64,000 nt of DNA from Nitrosopumilaceae archaeon. GTDB lineage: Archaea > Thermoproteota > Nitrososphaeria > Nitrososphaerales > Nitrosopumilaceae. The notes under the pieces are model-generated. The model had not been told where the DNA came from. It did no database searches and saw only the letters and a program-made list of their open reading frames with translations. The number at the start of each line of letters is the position of its first letter. Position 1 is the stretch's first letter. Below are positions 49,800 to 61,228 of the stretch, piece by piece. The stretch covers positions 448,001 to 512,000 of the forward strand of contig CBDCCK010000002.1 of assembly GCA_965214835.1 (NCBI GenBank). Direction: 5' to 3'. The position numbers and the translations under genes were made by a program.

Positions 49800-51158
49800 T
49801 AGCCTGTTGCATAACTCCGACTAGAGCCCAACCAATCCTTCCGGATCACTACCGGCGCCCGGTTCCTACATCAGTACTTCCTAGGTGTGCTTTTGCAGAC
49901 CAGGCACGGCATAGCCGCTAATTTCGTTTACGCAGAAGGTCTTCTCCAAATTACGTAATTACCGTGCCTGTAAAAGTACATCTAGGAAGTACTGACATGG
50001 CAGCCACCGCCTCTGCGATCCACTTGTTGTACAGCCATATCCTCAACTTTACCTCCTGCACTATGTTGGATCACCTGAGGGCCTTTACGTCCTCGCCGAA
50101 CATGCACTTTATGGCCGATATCACGATCTCGACGATCCATCTACTGCCAAAGCCGACCGTGCTCTTCGGGTACCGCAGGTTCTCCTGCCTCTCCTCCCTT
50201 GACAGGTTGCCCACCGGCACCTTGGATCCGCCCCCGAGCTGCCATCGCACCAGCCGGCCACTTGTCGCCGCTGCCCTTGCCCCTAGCATTACAGCTTGTC
50301 AAGAGCCGTATGAGTGGCCTTACGCCGCGCTTGTGGCACTCGGCTACGTTCTTCCTTGAACCGTATCCGCCGTCTGCAAGCAGAATCTTGTCCGGTGTAT
50401 TCTGGTCCTCGCCGGTGCCGAGTATATCCAGCGGTGATCTTCCGTCTGCAAGCATGCGGGGGATCTTGACCGTATCCGCGCTGCCAGGGCAGTCCTGCTG
50501 CTCTTCATTCTTGATGCTCCTGGCCGCCGCCTCAAGCAGCGTAGGCAGCTCCGTGCTGTCGCCGACTGCCTCGCTTGTAACGGACACTGCCAGCACCTGC
50601 TTGGTGTCTGCGTCTACCATCAGGTGCATCTTGACGAACCCGCGCCCTACCTTCCATTTCTTGCGTATCCACTCGCCTCGGTTGTGCTGCCGGGGCCGTG
50701 GCATCTTGCTATCATGACCAGGTTGTTGGACTTGTCGCGCACGGTAATTATGTGCTCTGCAATGTCGACGTCAAGCTTCTGCATCCTCCTGAATATCGTG
50801 GTGTAGCACAGCGAGTCCATACCCCTTGGCATTTCCCCGAACATGCCTGACAGCCAGCCTGTACGGTATCATAAATGCGGTCCTGAGGGCGGCCGCGGCC
50901 ATTATCATGCCTTCTGCATACAGGAAGTGGGCGCCCCCCTTGTGGCGGTTGGCATCCTTGAGATCCTTCTCCCAGCCGGGGTCGTACCTAACAGCCAGGC
51001 CTGCCCCCCTCTCTACGCACTTTGCATTGTCCGTACGTGTCAACTGATACCATGCAAGACATCCTCATGATCCATTACTTTCTCGGCCAAGTTTCGTTGA
51101 TCATCATAGTGATCTTCGGTCAAATTTCAAATTTCAGACAGGGCTATGCAACAAGCTA
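49800..51158 (-). mobile_element. Second IS5-family copy, frameshifted
   Basis: Inverted homolog of 31823-33140 with the same TIR family; several frameshifts. Confidence 0.88.
49872..49994. mobile_element. 123-bp MITE derived from the ISH3-like element at 35413
   Basis: Both ends align to the IS ends; ACAT TSD. Confidence 0.88.
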
Positions 51159-51165
51159 TGGCGTA

Positions 51166-51245
51166 TAGTCTGTTGCACAACCTCGATTTTAGGTACAAAA
51201 GACTGGTTGTTTTTGCGCGTTCAGGCACGGTTGTGCAACAAGCTA
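51166..51245. mobile_element. 80-bp IS5-type MITE
   Basis: TAGTCTGTTGCACAACC / GGTTGTGCAACAAGCTA ends. Confidence 0.75.
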
Positions 51246-51323
51246 TGGCGCGACATACCATTATACTTACATCCACTGTGGCTCCGCACATAGACGGCGG
51301 AAGGAAATCTGGGTGCCGACAAT

Positions 51324-51570
51324 CAATCTTCCCAGAAGTAACCCAGAAAGCGGCCACGGATTTGAGACAAATCAAATTATGATGCCTGCAGATTCGCCCA
51401 CCACCATCTGCACAGTCATGAATCACGTACTTCGAGGAAGACTGACAGTCAGTCTTCCCAGAAGTAACCGACTCGTGTAGGTGTAGGCGACCATGTGCAG
51501 ATCTGTAGGAGGCTTTGCTTGAACTGCTTCGAGTTTGAAGTCACTTGATGGGTTACTTCTGGGAAGACTG
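51324..51570. mobile_element. Two tandem MITE C copies (51324-51444 and 51450-51570)
   Basis: Two sets of family C TIRs separated by ACAGT. Confidence 0.85.
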
Positions 51571-51711
51571 GACAGTATACCTTCTTTTTTATACAGTTCA
51601 AGATCACATTATCAAACGAGAAATAGCAAGTTGTGCTTTTGTTAGCCGTTTACCAAATGGCAACCTTGGGAGCTTCACTAAGATTAAATTACTTGTAGTT
51701 CTTGTGGATAG

Positions 51712-52263
51712 ATGTTGGGCGCAGACGTGCATGATACGATTTATTCGGTATTAGACGCAAATAATGGTACAATAAGGGGAAGGACTGCGATCCAAAAACT
51801 CGTCTACCTTTCCAGCAAGAAGATTCCAGAACTTGATGTGCCACCGTATGTGGCTCACTATTACGGGCCGTTCAGCCCAGGCTTGGGATGGGCGCTAGAG
51901 AAGATGGTGTCGTATTCTTTTTTGTACGAAGCCAGCACTCCGGGATCCATATATGATGGATACACATACGGTCTTACCAATGATGGGCAAGAGATAGTCA
52001 AAAAGACAAAAGAGAAGTACAAGGACATGTTTGGGAAGGTTGCTGAGATAGTCAAGACATGCAGGGACTTTTGTGAATTAAAAACCGCCCCATTATCGTA
52101 TGCATCCAAAATCCACTACCTGTTTTGCTCAGAGCATAAAGACGACATGTCCTTTTCAGATGCAGTGGAATATGCCAGAAAGCTCGGATGGAATGTGTCC
52201 AAAGACGACGTAGAGCAGGGCGCACAGCTCTTGGAACGATTAAATCTTGCCAGAATATCATAA
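51712..52263 (+). CDS. YwgA/Panacea(SocA)-like winged-helix protein
   Basis: GRTAIQKLVYL...HYYGPFS...Y.LT..G signature. Confidence 0.75.
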   Translation: MLGADVHDTIYSVLDANNGTIRGRTAIQKLVYLSSKKIPELDVPPYVAHYYGPFSPGLGWALEKMVSYSFLYEASTPGSIYDGYTYGLTNDGQEIVKKTKEKYKDMFGKVAEIVKTCRDFCELKTAPLSYASKIHYLFCSEHKDDMSFSDAVEYARKLGWNVSKDDVEQGAQLLERLNLARIS

Positions 52264-53563
52264 CAGCTATTTTCAATTCAAATCTATCAGAGATCCTCTG
52301 TACGGGTTCATAGACTTGTCCGAGTTGGAGATGAAAATAATCGACACTCCCGTGTTCCGTAGAATGCATGGCATAAAGCAACTCTCCCACGCGTATTTGG
52401 TATATCCTACAGCAATCCACACCAGATTTGAGCATTCCTTAGGAGCTACCTACTTGGCAGACCGGGTATCAAAACAGATCGCACTGGATGACGAAGTAAG
52501 GGAGATCGTACGACTGGCATGTCTTTTACACGATATCGGCCACGGTCCATTCTCCCACCTGTTTGAAGAGGTGATGAAAAATGTCAACGGAAAAAGGATC
52601 GACCACGACAGGATCTCAATGATGCTGATAAGGGAGGATCATGACATCTCCTCAATACTGGGCGACAAGGCAGAAAAAGTAGTCAATCTGCTAGATCATA
52701 GGCCGGTATCCGGATTGGATTCAAAGATAAGCTCCCTAGCAGCCGATATAGTCTCCGGCCCCCTGGATGTAGACAAGATGGATTACTTGAGACGCGATTC
52801 GTATCATATCGGTGTGGCCTATGGACAGTTTGACCTCCATCGCATAATTCACACCCTTACCAGCACCAACGATCAGATCGAACAAAAGATTTGCGTAGAC
52901 TCGAAAGGCAAAGATGCCATTGAAAGTTACAGGCTGGGCAGATATCTGATGCATGCGCAAGTCTACAAGCATCACACCCGTCTGATTGGAGACAGGATGT
53001 TCCTTCAGGCCCTAGACCTGGCAGTGAACGAGGAGAACATCATACCAAAGGACGCACTGTGCACTGACACGGATCTTAGCAAGTCCCACAAGGAGTTTCT
53101 GAGTTTTTACACATGCCTGGACGATCGCGGACTGTACGACCGTATTCTAGGCAGAGAGAAAAGCAGGGCGGCCCAGATCCTAAAGCGGATACAACGCAGG
53201 AGGCTTCTCAAAAAGGCCATAGAATCTCTGCCCGACAAGGAAATACCCAACGCACAAACACGTGACCGCATATCTAGGATGAGTGAAGACGACATGCAGT
53301 CACTAGCTGATAACATTGCAAAGGATGCAGGCATCGAGAGACACAATGTAATTGTCCACTCTTCAGAAATACCGGTAAATCTTTACGAGGGAGAGATCAT
53401 GATCATGTGGAAGGGGACTCCGAGAAAACTGGACGAATTTTCCCCCATTAGCACCAGCAAATCCACCATCAACAAGTTCTATGTCTTCGGTCCTGACGAT
53501 GAGGCATCCCAACAGAAAATCAGGGAATGCGTAAAAGATCGATTTGGTACATACATTGACTGA
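52247..53563 (+). CDS. HD-domain phosphohydrolase, SAMHD1/dNTP triphosphohydrolase-like
   Basis: IRDPLYG, IKQL, HTRFEHSLG, LLHDIGHGPFSH and DVDKMDYL.RD. Confidence 0.92.
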   Translation: MPEYHNSYFQFKSIRDPLYGFIDLSELEMKIIDTPVFRRMHGIKQLSHAYLVYPTAIHTRFEHSLGATYLADRVSKQIALDDEVREIVRLACLLHDIGHGPFSHLFEEVMKNVNGKRIDHDRISMMLIREDHDISSILGDKAEKVVNLLDHRPVSGLDSKISSLAADIVSGPLDVDKMDYLRRDSYHIGVAYGQFDLHRIIHTLTSTNDQIEQKICVDSKGKDAIESYRLGRYLMHAQVYKHHTRLIGDRMFLQALDLAVNEENIIPKDALCTDTDLSKSHKEFLSFYTCLDDRGLYDRILGREKSRAAQILKRIQRRRLLKKAIESLPDKEIPNAQTRDRISRMSEDDMQSLADNIAKDAGIERHNVIVHSSEIPVNLYEGEIMIMWKGTPRKLDEFSPISTSKSTINKFYVFGPDDEASQQKIRECVKDRFGTYID

Positions 53564-53580
53564 CAAGATACCCCCCCCCC

Positions 53581-53670
53581 GTATGAATTCACCTGTACGT
53601 GAAAATACCAAAAATTACACACAGATTCCAACTCTTTAATTAAATTCAGGCAGGACAGGCGAATTCATAC
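53581..53670. mobile_element. IS66-type MITE (family I, 90 bp)
   Basis: GTATGAATTCACCTGT / ACAGGCGAATTCATAC ends. Confidence 0.75.
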
Positions 53671-53682
53671 TACGTGTCGGCC

Positions 53683-53791
53683 CAGCTAAGTGAAATGCGC
53701 CAAGAAATCGAGTAAAAACAGAAACCGGGTAGAAGGCACGACGCCTCAGTAACAAGGCAAAAACAAACCCCATTCACATTTCACTTAGCTG
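53683..53791. mobile_element. MITE family G
   Basis: Perfect CAGCTAAGTGAAATG TIR. Confidence 0.85.
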
Positions 53792-53796
53792 CGACC

Positions 53797-53971
53797 CCGC
53801 ATACCCTTATACGCGGTACTACAGCGGCGCTGCATACACCGATAACGACAGGAAGCTGCCGGGGTGTTTTCAAACCCCTTTCCTAATTTTTTAGTTTTTG
53901 ATGTCTTCAATATGGCAAGCTGTGAGAAATTATTACTAGACTTTGCGTAAACGAAATTAGCAATTTTGCCC
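53797..53971 (+). repeat. ~175-bp dispersed repeat without TIRs (copy 1)
   Basis: Collinear with 62434-62612. Confidence 0.85.
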
Positions 53972-54020
53972 TATATAGGCATAAAAGCCCACAGTTACAC
54001 GCAAATTCACACCTATTTGT

Positions 54021-54215
54021 TTAAGGGAAGATGACCTCGTACGAGCAGTGCACGACGAACAGTGCAAGGTCTCCCCTTCTCATGTTTTTCATGTGCTTGA
54101 GTGCGAGGTTGTTATGGACTCCGTCCCAGACGGTTTTCCCGTCGGTCCTGAGCTGCTCAAGACTGCATCCACGTGGCCCGCCCGGCTCCTGCTTTGCCAG
54201 CCAGTGGTTTACCAT
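54021..54215 (-). pseudogene. EVE-domain protein, 3' truncated
   Basis: WLAKQEP...WDGVHN..A...MKNMRRGDLALF, then broken next to a GTACGAGGTCA element end. Confidence 0.75.
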
Positions 54216-54458
54216 GAAACACTGCAGGGTTTTTGGCGTTTAACTGTCTTTCTAAAGGCATCTTGCATAACCGTGCCTGAACGCAGTTTGGGCTCTGAAA
54301 TCTCAGACGTGAGTCTTGCCACCTCGGAGGCCCCCTCCCGGGCAGATTCGTGCCTGAAACCAGGAACGGCTTGATTCGAGCTGTTATTTTTCAATCCTTT
54401 CGCCTCACCTCCTTGCAGACTGTGGTTCGACGAACCCCAGAAGCTGCACTCATCCATC

Positions 54459-56084
54459 GTAAGAGTTTACCCCTCATCCGTATAATTTAGATTGAGCACA
54501 AGGCCAATTTTTGATCACCATCTGGATCCATATGCATCCAGATCACACCTGTATTCATTGCCTGATTCAGAGACCAAGATACTACGCGACGAGTTGGCCC
54601 GCACCATAGCCGAATTGGGCAGGAAGGACAGGATCATCGCAGACAAGGATCAGACGATAGCCATGCTTGTCGAACAGATGGCCGAGTCCTCGGTGACAAT
54701 CGTGATGCAGGCATCACAGATCAGCTGGTACAGGCAAAAGGGATCAGAGGGGGTAGCAGCATCTGAGGCGCAGACTGCCGAACTGAAAGCAGAAAACCAG
54801 CAGCTCAGACAGCACATCAAATATTACGAAAACCCGCACACCCCATCCTCGCAGAACTCGATTCCGACCAGGCAGAAAAAGACTGCTGCTGCAAAGGCAT
54901 CAGGCAACGTACCGGCATCTGCAAAGGCAAAGCCGGGCCGCAGGCAGGGACACGAGGGGATATCACACAAGAGAATGCCGACCGAATTTGTAAAGCACTG
55001 CCCCAAAAAGTGCGGCAAGTGCGGCAGCACCAACATGAAGAAGCCGAAAAAGATCTTCTCCAAGCTTGTGACCGATACCCCCAAGAGGCCCGAGCCGGTC
55101 ACGACACAGCACACCGCATACAGGCGCAAATGCGCCGACTGCGGCAACATGTGTATCGAAGACGACAGGTCATGGAACGTGCCGGGAACCGAGTTTGGAC
55201 CAAACATCACGGGGATGATGGCCGCAATACGCGTGGCACCTGCCTCCATACAGGCCACGGCCACACTGTGCTCAGAAATCCTGGGCATGGATGTCTCAGA
55301 GGCAGGCGTGCTGCAGTGCCTGAGGGCCGGCGCCAATGCGATAAAGCCCGGCGTAGAGAGCATCAGGCAGGCCATCAGGGATTCTGATTATCTGCATATT
55401 GACGAGACTGCCATGCCATACAACGGCAGGACGGCCCGCATATGGGTGGTCGTGGGCAGGAACAGGGACGGCACCGTCACCGGCGTCCACACGCTGGCCG
55501 CACCCAGTAGGGGCAGGGCCGTAGTTGACATGAACTTTCCGTATTATGACAAACCGGTCACAGTCGACGGGTACGGCGTATACGCCGCATTCAAGACCAG
55601 GCAGTGGTGCCGGATCCGCATACTCCGGGAGGCCAGGGAGGCCTGCAAGGCTTCCAGGCAGGCCCACGCGCTGTATGATACACTCAAGAAAAAGTTCATC
55701 CATGCCAAGGGGCTGGGGCCGCCGGAGGAGGAGGGCGCCGCCCGGCACGACATGCTGGTGGCAGAAACGCGCGGGCTGGCCGAGGCATTCGGCAGGGAGG
55801 CCGGATGCGAGAGCTTTGCCACAAAGCTTGGGAACGCCTCTGAATTTCTCTACACGTTCATACTGCATCCGGGTATGGAGCCCACCAACAACCTAGCCGA
55901 GCGCATGCTGAGGCCGTCCGTAATTGCGCGCAAGGTATTCCAAGGACTCCGTACCATGGAAGGCATGGAGATGTTCACCGTATTGATGACGTGCGCGATG
56001 AACTGGCGCGCCCGGGGGTGCGGCGTGAGGGAAATGCTCGTCAAGACCCTGACTGGCAGCGTCGCCTGAGGGGTAAACTCGTAC
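54459..56084 (+). mobile_element. IS66-family element, single 525-aa TnpC-like ORF (54492-56069)
   Basis: GTAAGAGTTTACCCCTCA / TGAGGGGTAAACTCGTAC ends; 8-bp TSD CATCCATC; PSS, CxxC, IDET and PTNNLAERMLR. Confidence 0.93.
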
Positions 56085-56239
56085 CATCCATCGGTGCGCA
56101 AGGCACATGAACACAGCAGCCCGGATATCCCCATTCGACAGATGGTGCGTAAGGCACTTGTCGCGTAAGGGGCTTGATCCATTATCATGGCTGTGGCTGG
56201 GTGCTTTTATCATGTGTTTAACCCCCCTCATACCACATA

Positions 56240-56332
56240 GTATGTGGTCACGTCCCCCCGTTGGTCAGGCGTGAAAATCATAATCATACATGCCAATTCG
56301 TGCCTGATTGGTGGGGGTAGGTGACCTCGTAC
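56240..56332. mobile_element. MITE family B
   Basis: Homologous to 17172-17263. Confidence 0.82.
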
Positions 56333-56505
56333 CCACAATAGGCTCGAATTCAAGCCAAATAGGCATGTTATGATTATAAATCTAGAAAAAGTATGTTATT
56401 CTAGAATTATACATCTTCTAAAAACTGTATAATCTACATAAAATGGTGTGTAATGATTATAAATGAAGAAAAAGCCTTAAATTCTAGATTTAGGTTCATT
56501 TTACA

Positions 56506-58422
56506 ATGGTTAGAAAGGTGGACATAACTCCAGACAAGTCACTCATTCAAAAATTAGGACTGGTAGGATACAGTACAGAACAGGCCGTTGCAGAATTATT
56601 GGACAATTCCATCGATGCTAGGATTGCAGACAAGGAGGAAGAAATTGTGGTCCAATTAAAACCGGGAGAAAAAAGGATCGAGGTCACGGATAATGGGCAT
56701 GGAATGGATGGAGGGGGTCTTGCCGATGCAATGACAATTGCGGGTGGGGCAAAAACGGCAGGGAAGTTAGGACAGTTTGGCATGGGAATGAAAAGTGCAT
56801 GCTCGGCATTGGCTAAAAATTTCATTATAGTAACATCAAGGGTTGGTTCAGATAAGGAATACCAAGTAGAATACGATGAGGACAAATGGCTGTCAGACAA
56901 GTCGCAAAACTGGCAAAATTTCCAAATGTACGAAAGGGAATTAAACAAAGGGCAAAACTGGCATGGCACGACAATCACACTAAGGAATCTAAAGGTTCCA
57001 ATATATCCAAATCAGGTATCAAAATTCAAAAACAGCTTCGGAATACGCTATGCCCCATACTTGCAATCTAATCAGGTATCAATACGAATCAACAGCGTAC
57101 CTTGCAAGCCAGAAAAACCAGACACTGCAGAAGGCAGCATGACCAGAGTTAGGATCAAGCTGTCAAACAACAATGAGGTTTGGGGCCATGTGGAGCTACT
57201 TAAAAAAAGATCCATAAAGGGACACTATGGAATTCATTTGATCAGGAACGGGAGATTAATCAAAGCACACGAGAAGTTTGGGTTTTCTGCACATCCGGAA
57301 AATGCAAGAATAATTGGAGAATTGAACTTGGATCACGTGCCGGTTAATTTTAACAAGAGTGAATTCATCGAAGAGAGTCCAGAGTACCAAGAAGTGCTAA
57401 AGGCGTTTAAGATGTCTGCGGAATTAAAAGATACTATGCGCCTGTCAAAATCAAAAAAAGTGATATTCGCATCGGTAAAATCGGTGTTTGATTATTTTGA
57501 TGAAAAATCACCACACCAGCATCTAGACAGCAGTGTACAGGCAAAAATTGCAGCAGACATTTTGAGCAAGACCCCCAGATTGGCCATGAAGGCAGGCGGC
57601 AAGCCAATAGAAATACGCCTGGATGCACTAGATGAGGCCCCTCTTTATACAATAGGCAAGAGCAGTTCAGGCATTACAATAACCATAAACAAAAACAACA
57701 ACGCGTTCAAGTTTGTAAAAAACCCATTGTTTTTAATTGGCATGATAGCGTCAGAGGTCAAAGTTCTCACGAGTCGGCCAGAACTAGAGGATGCAATACG
57801 GCAACGAAATCAGATCTTTGGCGAATTCATGCAAGAATGGTCTAAAAAACCAAGCAAAAGAGAGGAGTCCAGGGACAGGCAGGCAGAGCTACCCACCATT
57901 GCAAACTATAATCTGGTTGATGAGTTATTTGAAGCCCATGAGCATCTTAGGGAAAAGATCGGATTTAGGTTTCAGTTTACAGCACTATCAACACTGGCAC
58001 CGTATCTGCACAGTCTGCGTGACAAGATCATATATACGATACATACAGAGCCGGCGAAAGGAGAATACGTGGCAGATACATTAATTGAAAAATTTGGAGA
58101 AAAGTTCACCGTTGTAAACAAGCCGGATCTCAACACATTAAATGCACTGTTAAAAATCCCAGCAACAGGTACGATAATTGCAGTAAGGGAGTATTCGGTG
58201 ATCAGGGGATCAACAATCGCATTGCCGGAAAAGGCATATCTTGATTTGGTAAATGAGATGGTAACACATGACATTCCCCTAGACAAAATGGAGCTTCGAA
58301 GAATATTTGCAGCCATGCAAAGATACAACCTCATAGATTATGGGGAGTTAAGAACATATGCAAATTTTATCAAAAAGGCCGGTACGCTTGAAGTTATACT
58401 GGGTGGTAAGCTACAGTGGTAG
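56506..58422 (+). CDS. GHKL/MORC-type ATPase fused to a C-terminal AbiEi-like antitoxin domain
   Basis: AELLDNSIDA, DNGHGM, GQFGMGMKSA and HGTTI motifs; C-terminal FTALSTL..Y and IALPEKAYLDL resemble AbiEi. Confidence 0.75.
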   Translation: MVRKVDITPDKSLIQKLGLVGYSTEQAVAELLDNSIDARIADKEEEIVVQLKPGEKRIEVTDNGHGMDGGGLADAMTIAGGAKTAGKLGQFGMGMKSACSALAKNFIIVTSRVGSDKEYQVEYDEDKWLSDKSQNWQNFQMYERELNKGQNWHGTTITLRNLKVPIYPNQVSKFKNSFGIRYAPYLQSNQVSIRINSVPCKPEKPDTAEGSMTRVRIKLSNNNEVWGHVELLKKRSIKGHYGIHLIRNGRLIKAHEKFGFSAHPENARIIGELNLDHVPVNFNKSEFIEESPEYQEVLKAFKMSAELKDTMRLSKSKKVIFASVKSVFDYFDEKSPHQHLDSSVQAKIAADILSKTPRLAMKAGGKPIEIRLDALDEAPLYTIGKSSSGITITINKNNNAFKFVKNPLFLIGMIASEVKVLTSRPELEDAIRQRNQIFGEFMQEWSKKPSKREESRDRQAELPTIANYNLVDELFEAHEHLREKIGFRFQFTALSTLAPYLHSLRDKIIYTIHTEPAKGEYVADTLIEKFGEKFTVVNKPDLNTLNALLKIPATGTIIAVREYSVIRGSTIALPEKAYLDLVNEMVTHDIPLDKMELRRIFAAMQRYNLIDYGELRTYANFIKKAGTLEVILGGKLQW

Positions 58423-60937
58423 AATTTCACTTCAAGGATCAGCTAGAACGGGCCAACATAGAAAAAATCCAGAAGGAAAATAATTTTCAAAAACCGTATC
58501 CTGTTGAGCAATTCATCATGGACTTTGAGGCACTAGCGCACATCAAAGAAAAGATACCTGATTGTACAGTCAAAGGCGGAATGGCGGTGCCATTTCACGT
58601 CAAAGGCAAGGAACTGCGCAGACTAAGCGTGGATATAGACATGGTAACCAGTCACGCCAGAGAGCAAGTAGTAGCGGCCATGAAGGAGGTCAGAGATAAA
58701 CTCAGTGGCAAAATAACCATTCCGGAAAATCACATGCCGGAAAGAGAAAGAGCGGATAAACAATTACCACTGCTGACATACTATTGCAGCTATAAATCAA
58801 ACTTTCAAGAAAACGCGCAAATAAAAATAGAGATTTTTTATAACAATGCGCTTGAAATAAGGACAAAAGAGATTTCCAACTCGGAAGAAATCATAGGGTT
58901 TACAATAGACTTTCCAATCACAGTTTATGATCATGATCAGTAGTTGAAAATGTACCCCCTTTTTAAGTGTCTGAATGTTTTGAACAAGTTGACATGATTT
59001 TTTCACCAATCGAGCTATAAACAGCGGTGTTCCTGTCTACCTTGATAATGAACCAAACCCAACAGAAACACCACACAAGGTACGGTGAGGCCGGATTTAA
59101 ATTCTTGGTTACCGCAGTAGGCATGCTGAAAATCAAGTTCTCCTCAAGACACAACGCCATGTGGGGCCTGGAAGACGCCTCCCGCCTGATTGCATCCATG
59201 TCGGAGCGTTCCGCATGTGCGCACTATACCGCCCAAAAGCTTGCACTTCTTGCATCAGAAGGCGCCGGGGCCGCGGTGCCCAGCTCGGCCTGGCTTCTTG
59301 CAAAGCTGGGGCACGCAAGACTGTCCACGATGGAGAAAAGGTGCGATGCAATGCTGCATTACACGGCCGCCGAGGCGGTGGGCAGGCAGCTTTGCTCCCT
59401 CCAAAGGAGCCACAAGGCGCCTGTCCTTGCCATAGACGAGACCAAGCTGCCCAGATACGACAAGAAAACCGACATAAAGCACCTGGTAAAGTCAAAGCGC
59501 GACAGGGGCACCATCAACTATGAGCAGTACATGACATGCAAGCTGACATCCAAGGCCGGCGCCGACGTGCATACGGCCTGCCGCATGGTGACCGAGGGCG
59601 ACAAACAGGCCGATCTGGTGCGTAATATGCTCAAAAAATGCGCCGATCTGGGCATTACGCCCAGGCTCGGGTCAAGGCGCAGCATCATCCTGCTTGACAG
59701 GGGGTTCTTTTCGGTCGATGTAATGGATGCCATATCCGAACCCGGGTTTGCATTCATCATGCCCGCAGTCAAGACGCCGGGGATAAAGAGGGCCATAGTG
59801 CAGCGCGCCCGCGGCAAGAGAAAGGCAGTATCAAGGTATACCATGAGGTCGTCAGACGGCAAAGAGTTCACGTTCACGCTGGTCATCAAGAAGATCTCAA
59901 GGTCCAAGGCAAAGAACGTCTTTGACAGATACCACGTGTTTGCGACCACGGTGCGCTGCTGCAGCTATCGGCAGCTGTTCTGCCATGTGACAAGAGAGTA
60001 CCGGAACAGGTGGGGCATAGAGACCGGATACCGCTGTGCCAAGAGCGTCAGGCCGCGGACCACCAGCAGGAATCCTGTCCTGCGTGTGCTTTTGTTTTAC
60101 ATGTCGCTTGCAGTATGCAACATATGGCTGACAATGAGGGACTCGGGAGACCCAAAGACCCGCGTCATGGCGCTGCTGACTCTGATGTATGCCGTGGTTC
60201 TGTATTCGTGCTGCCTCCGTGCGCCGGATGCCGACAGGATCGGGGTGGGGCGACGGCGGCATGATCCCGGCTAGACGGATTTATGGTGTACATTTTCAAC
60301 TACTGATGATGCACTGATAGGAGACAAAATGACTACACTTGCCTTTGGTACCATAGGGATAGATCCACAAAGGGAGTCAGACGTTCCAAAACAAATCTAT
60401 GACATCAGCAATTTGGTTAACTCGACATCAGGGCAAATATCCATGTACGAAATTATCGGTGCGTTTGAAAAAATTGCAAGTGAGGAAATATCTTACTATA
60501 CAAGGGAAGCGCCATCGTTTGAACAGGTATTAGACGATCTTGTCACGTTTCCAGAAAGCCTGCTCGTCAAGGATAAAGGCAGGTTAAAGCTGAATTCATC
60601 GTATCAGGGAAGATTTTCTAAATTCATAACCGAATTGTTAGGAAATACAAAATACAGGGAATATACACATGTGTCAGATATTTTATTTTTGAAGATCATG
60701 AGCGTCCTGATACAAAAATATTTCAAAAAAGAGATGGACATAGAGAACATCAACGGTAAAATTAACGAAATAATAACTGAACGAAGCAGGATATCGAAAT
60801 TGGAAGGATCAGAAGAAACTAGGGAGCTGCATAAAATTGTTGGAAAATATGGGAAAAAATCCGAGCAGGGAAAAATTATTAAAAACATGCTTCCCGTTCA
60901 AGCATATCTATATGATCAAATATTGGAGCTTGGATAA
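58416..60937 (+). pseudogene. AbiEii-family nucleotidyltransferase toxin split by an IS
   Basis: KGGMA, RRLSVDID and IKIEI motifs; removing the IS and one TSD restores YDHD-ALIGDKMTTL...KQIYD in frame (382 aa). Confidence 0.88.
58938..60305 (+). mobile_element. ISH3-like element, transposase ORF 59027-60274
   Basis: Perfect 18-bp TIR CAGTAGTTGAAAATGTAC; 5-bp TSD ATGAT; AIDET, DRGF and YRNRWGIETGYR. Confidence 0.94.
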
Positions 60938-60969
60938 TCAAACAGTGTCTGAAATCTCAGGAATTTTTG

Positions 60970-61080
60970 GTAACAGCTCGGGCTCTGGAAGTTCAGGCAC
61001 GAATTTTGCCATCAAAGAAGGCCGATCAAACAGAATTTGTGCCTAAAATTGTAAATCACTTCCGAAGCCCGAGCTGTTAC
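60970..61080. mobile_element. MITE family D (IS66-type)
   Basis: TIR GTAACAGCTCGGGCT; 8-bp TSD AATTTTTG. Confidence 0.9.
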
Positions 61081-61091
61081 AATTTTTGACT

Positions 61092-61225
61092 CTACTGGCG
61101 ACCATTGAAAATTTCGCCTCCCTTACACGTTGCGCTCAAGATACTTGTAGATGTCAACCTCGATGGAACACGTTCTAAAGCATTCCGAGACGGCCCTTTT
61201 GAGGTGATCTGGCGTGTCGTAAAAG
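61092..61225 (-). mobile_element. IS630 3'-end fragment
   Basis: Collinear with 62802-62935. Confidence 0.8.
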
Positions 61226-61228
61226 GGG

